This document shows, piece by piece, positions 62,025-64,000 of a stretch of DNA of 64,000 nt. This DNA is from Chloroflexota bacterium (GTDB lineage: Bacteria > Chloroflexota > UBA11872 > VXNJ01): positions 160,001 through 224,000 of the forward strand of contig OZ253449.1 in NCBI GenBank assembly GCA_965261345.1. The letters are read 5' to 3'. The notes beneath the pieces were generated by a model. That model worked only from the letters and a program-made list of their open reading frames with translations. It made no database searches and was not told the origin of the DNA. The stretch's first letter is position 1. Each line of letters starts with the position of its first letter. A program made the translations under genes and the position numbers.

Positions 62025-63515
62025 ATGAAATCTTCGGAGGAAGTAATGCGGATTCTCAAGGTCTACGATCGCACCCTTTCACTTAGGGCCACGGCCCAAG
62101 AATGCGGCTGCTCGCACCACACCGTGGCCAGCTACGTGCAAAAGCGCGCGCTGGGCCAATTGGGAGAACCGGTGCGCCGGCCCCGGTTATCGCTCATCGA
62201 CCCCCACCGCCCCCTTATCGACGACCTGGTGCAACAATCGCGCGGCCGGATAAGGGCCGACAAGTGCCACCAACGACTCATGAAGCTGGGTTACACGGGC
62301 TCTGAACGCACCACCCGCCGGGCGGTGGCAAAAGCCAAGCAGGCCTACAAAAAGCAAAACCGCCGGGTATTTCGGCCCTGGATAACCGAACCGGGCAAGT
62401 GGGCGCAGTGGGACTGGGCCAAGGGGCCGCCGGTAAACAGGGAGGCGAGCAACCTCTTCTGCGTCTGGCTGTCCTGGTCAAGGTACCGGGTGGTACTGCC
62501 GACCCGGGACCGCCGACTGGAGACCCTGATCGGCTGCCTCGCCGAGGCCCAGTCCTGGTTCGGCGGCGTGCCCTCCAACTGGCTCACCGACAACGAGAAG
62601 ACCGTCTCCAAAGAATTCGTGGCCAGCATCGCCGTCAGACACCCGCTGATGGTCAAGTTCGGGCGCTTCCACGGCTGCGCGATCGCCACCTGCCAGATAG
62701 CGGATCCGGCCACGAAGGGCGGTTCCGAGGCGACCGTGAAAATCGCCAAGGCCGATCTTGTCCCCACCGATCACAACCTGTTGCCGGAGTACTCGTCCTG
62801 GAACGAGCTGGCCGACGCCTGCGATGAATTCATGCGGCGCGTTAACACCCGTGAGCACTCGATCACCAAACGCCCCCCGATGGAAATGCTCGCAATCGAA
62901 CGTGATTCCCTGCACCCTCTGCCCAACCGCGTCTTCAGCGTCGCCCTGGGCAAGACCCGCACCGTCTCCGACACCTCCCTGGTGGCCTGGCGATCGGCCT
63001 GGTACTCGGTGCCGCACATCTATAGCGAGGAGATCGTCTGGGTGCGCGAACGCGGCGCTATGGTGATCGTGAGCGCCGAGACCGATCACGGCGTCATCGA
63101 GGTGGCCCGACACCGGAAGGTCGGCCGCGGGCAGCGGGTAGTTGTCGATAGCCATTATCCGAAGACTCCGTCGGGACCGCTGGCACGCCGGCCAAGGCCG
63201 CGCAACCAGGTAGAGAAGGAGTTCCTGGCCATCGGCCCCGGCGCGGCGGTATGGCTCAGGGCCGCCTGCGCGGCCGGTGCCGCCCGGCTGAAGGAGAAGC
63301 TCGAGGAGATAGTCGAACTCTCGCGCCTTGACGGCTGTGAGGCAATCGATGCCGCCCTGGGGGTGGCGTCGGAGGTGGGGCGCTTCGGCTTCGGCGACAT
63401 CGCCTCCATCGCCGCCGCCTCGAGCGGACCGCTGTACCAGGCGTCCGAGGACTCGTTCCTGCAGGACGGCACCGGCCGCTGGCAGGACTTCGGCGCAACC
63501 GGAGGCGACCGATGA
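62025..63515 (+). CDS. istA: IS21 transposase IstA
   Basis: Protein identical to 26365..27855. Confidence 0.95.
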   Translation: MKSSEEVMRILKVYDRTLSLRATAQECGCSHHTVASYVQKRALGQLGEPVRRPRLSLIDPHRPLIDDLVQQSRGRIRADKCHQRLMKLGYTGSERTTRRAVAKAKQAYKKQNRRVFRPWITEPGKWAQWDWAKGPPVNREASNLFCVWLSWSRYRVVLPTRDRRLETLIGCLAEAQSWFGGVPSNWLTDNEKTVSKEFVASIAVRHPLMVKFGRFHGCAIATCQIADPATKGGSEATVKIAKADLVPTDHNLLPEYSSWNELADACDEFMRRVNTREHSITKRPPMEMLAIERDSLHPLPNRVFSVALGKTRTVSDTSLVAWRSAWYSVPHIYSEEIVWVRERGAMVIVSAETDHGVIEVARHRKVGRGQRVVVDSHYPKTPSGPLARRPRPRNQVEKEFLAIGPGAAVWLRAACAAGAARLKEKLEEIVELSRLDGCEAIDAALGVASEVGRFGFGDIASIAAASSGPLYQASEDSFLQDGTGRWQDFGATGGDR

Positions 63516-64000
63516 GGCCCCCACAGGTAATCGACGAGGTGGTGGGCCAGCTGCGCACCCTGCGCCTGCCGCACATGCGAAAGGCCGCCCCGGAGCTGCT
63601 TAGGACCGCAAAGTCGCAGCGCTGGGATCCGGCCGAGGCGCTGAAGGCGCTCCTGGACGAGGAGATCGCCGGGAGGGCGGCCTCGTCGCGGGAGCTGCGC
63701 CGCAAGGCGGCCGGGTTTCCCTCAGGGAAGACGCTTGACAGCTGGGACGGCGAGCTCTCCTCGATCCCCGAACCCACCCGGCGATCGCTTATGACCCTGG
63801 AATGGATAGAACGCAAAGAGAACGTGGTCCTATACGGTCCGTCCGGTACCGGCAAGTCCCATTTCCTGGAGGCTCTCGGCCAACTGGCGGTAGAGCGCGG
63901 CTACCGGGTGTCCTGGTTCGCGCTGGAAGAGCTGGGACAGCTGGTCAAGCGCCACCGGGTCGATGACTCGGTCGGCAGGGCGGTAAGAAAGCTTTTGAAG
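63512..64000 (+). CDS. istB: IS21 helper ATPase IstB (partial, window edge)
   Basis: Matches 27852 onward, including GPSGTGKS. Confidence 0.93.
   Translation, partial: MRPPQVIDEVVGQLRTLRLPHMRKAAPELLRTAKSQRWDPAEALKALLDEEIAGRAASSRELRRKAAGFPSGKTLDSWDGELSSIPEPTRRSLMTLEWIERKENVVLYGPSGTGKSHFLEALGQLAVERGYRVSWFALEELGQLVKRHRVDDSVGRAVRKLLK

Larger units (their letters stand above)
61800..64000 (+). mobile_element. IS21-family element, second copy of 26140-29139 (runs off window)
   Basis: Same left end TGTGGGCGGACAC and identical translated ORFs. Confidence 0.95.

Overview
This is a GC-rich bacterial chromosomal window. The host is probably a Chloroflexota member, inferred from the N-terminal domain of the S1C protease and the DUF5671/DUF4349 proteins; this is not proven. 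The left 35 kb is an IS-riddled accessory region. It holds an IS110 right end, nested IS21/IS256/IS3 insertions with recoverable target-site duplications, and three type II TA loci. It also holds an 8-gene sugar-ABC/GMC-oxidoreductase/amidohydrolase operon and a 9.6-kb IS256-bounded unit with an 8-bp TSD carrying DUF2188, DUF4238 and DinJ-YafQ. The right half is mostly metabolic and envelope genes, with several pseudogenes and a second copy of an IS21 element. Three observations stand out. (1) An unclassified DDE (ISNCY-type) element has a transposase ending in an IstA-like HTH domain, and in both copies its downstream end sits about 28-30 bp inside an IS21 terminus, suggesting a transposon that targets IS21 ends. 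(2) The IS256 transposase is interrupted in both full copies by a prfB-like CTT-TGA +1 site that converts the conserved RNG motif to LDG. (3) Perfect or near-perfect 32-34-bp palindromes lie 50-60 bp inside the right ends of four unrelated IS types, with full covariation between two IS256 paralogues. No CRISPR array, tRNA or rRNA was seen. All calls come from reading the sequence by eye, without database searches.
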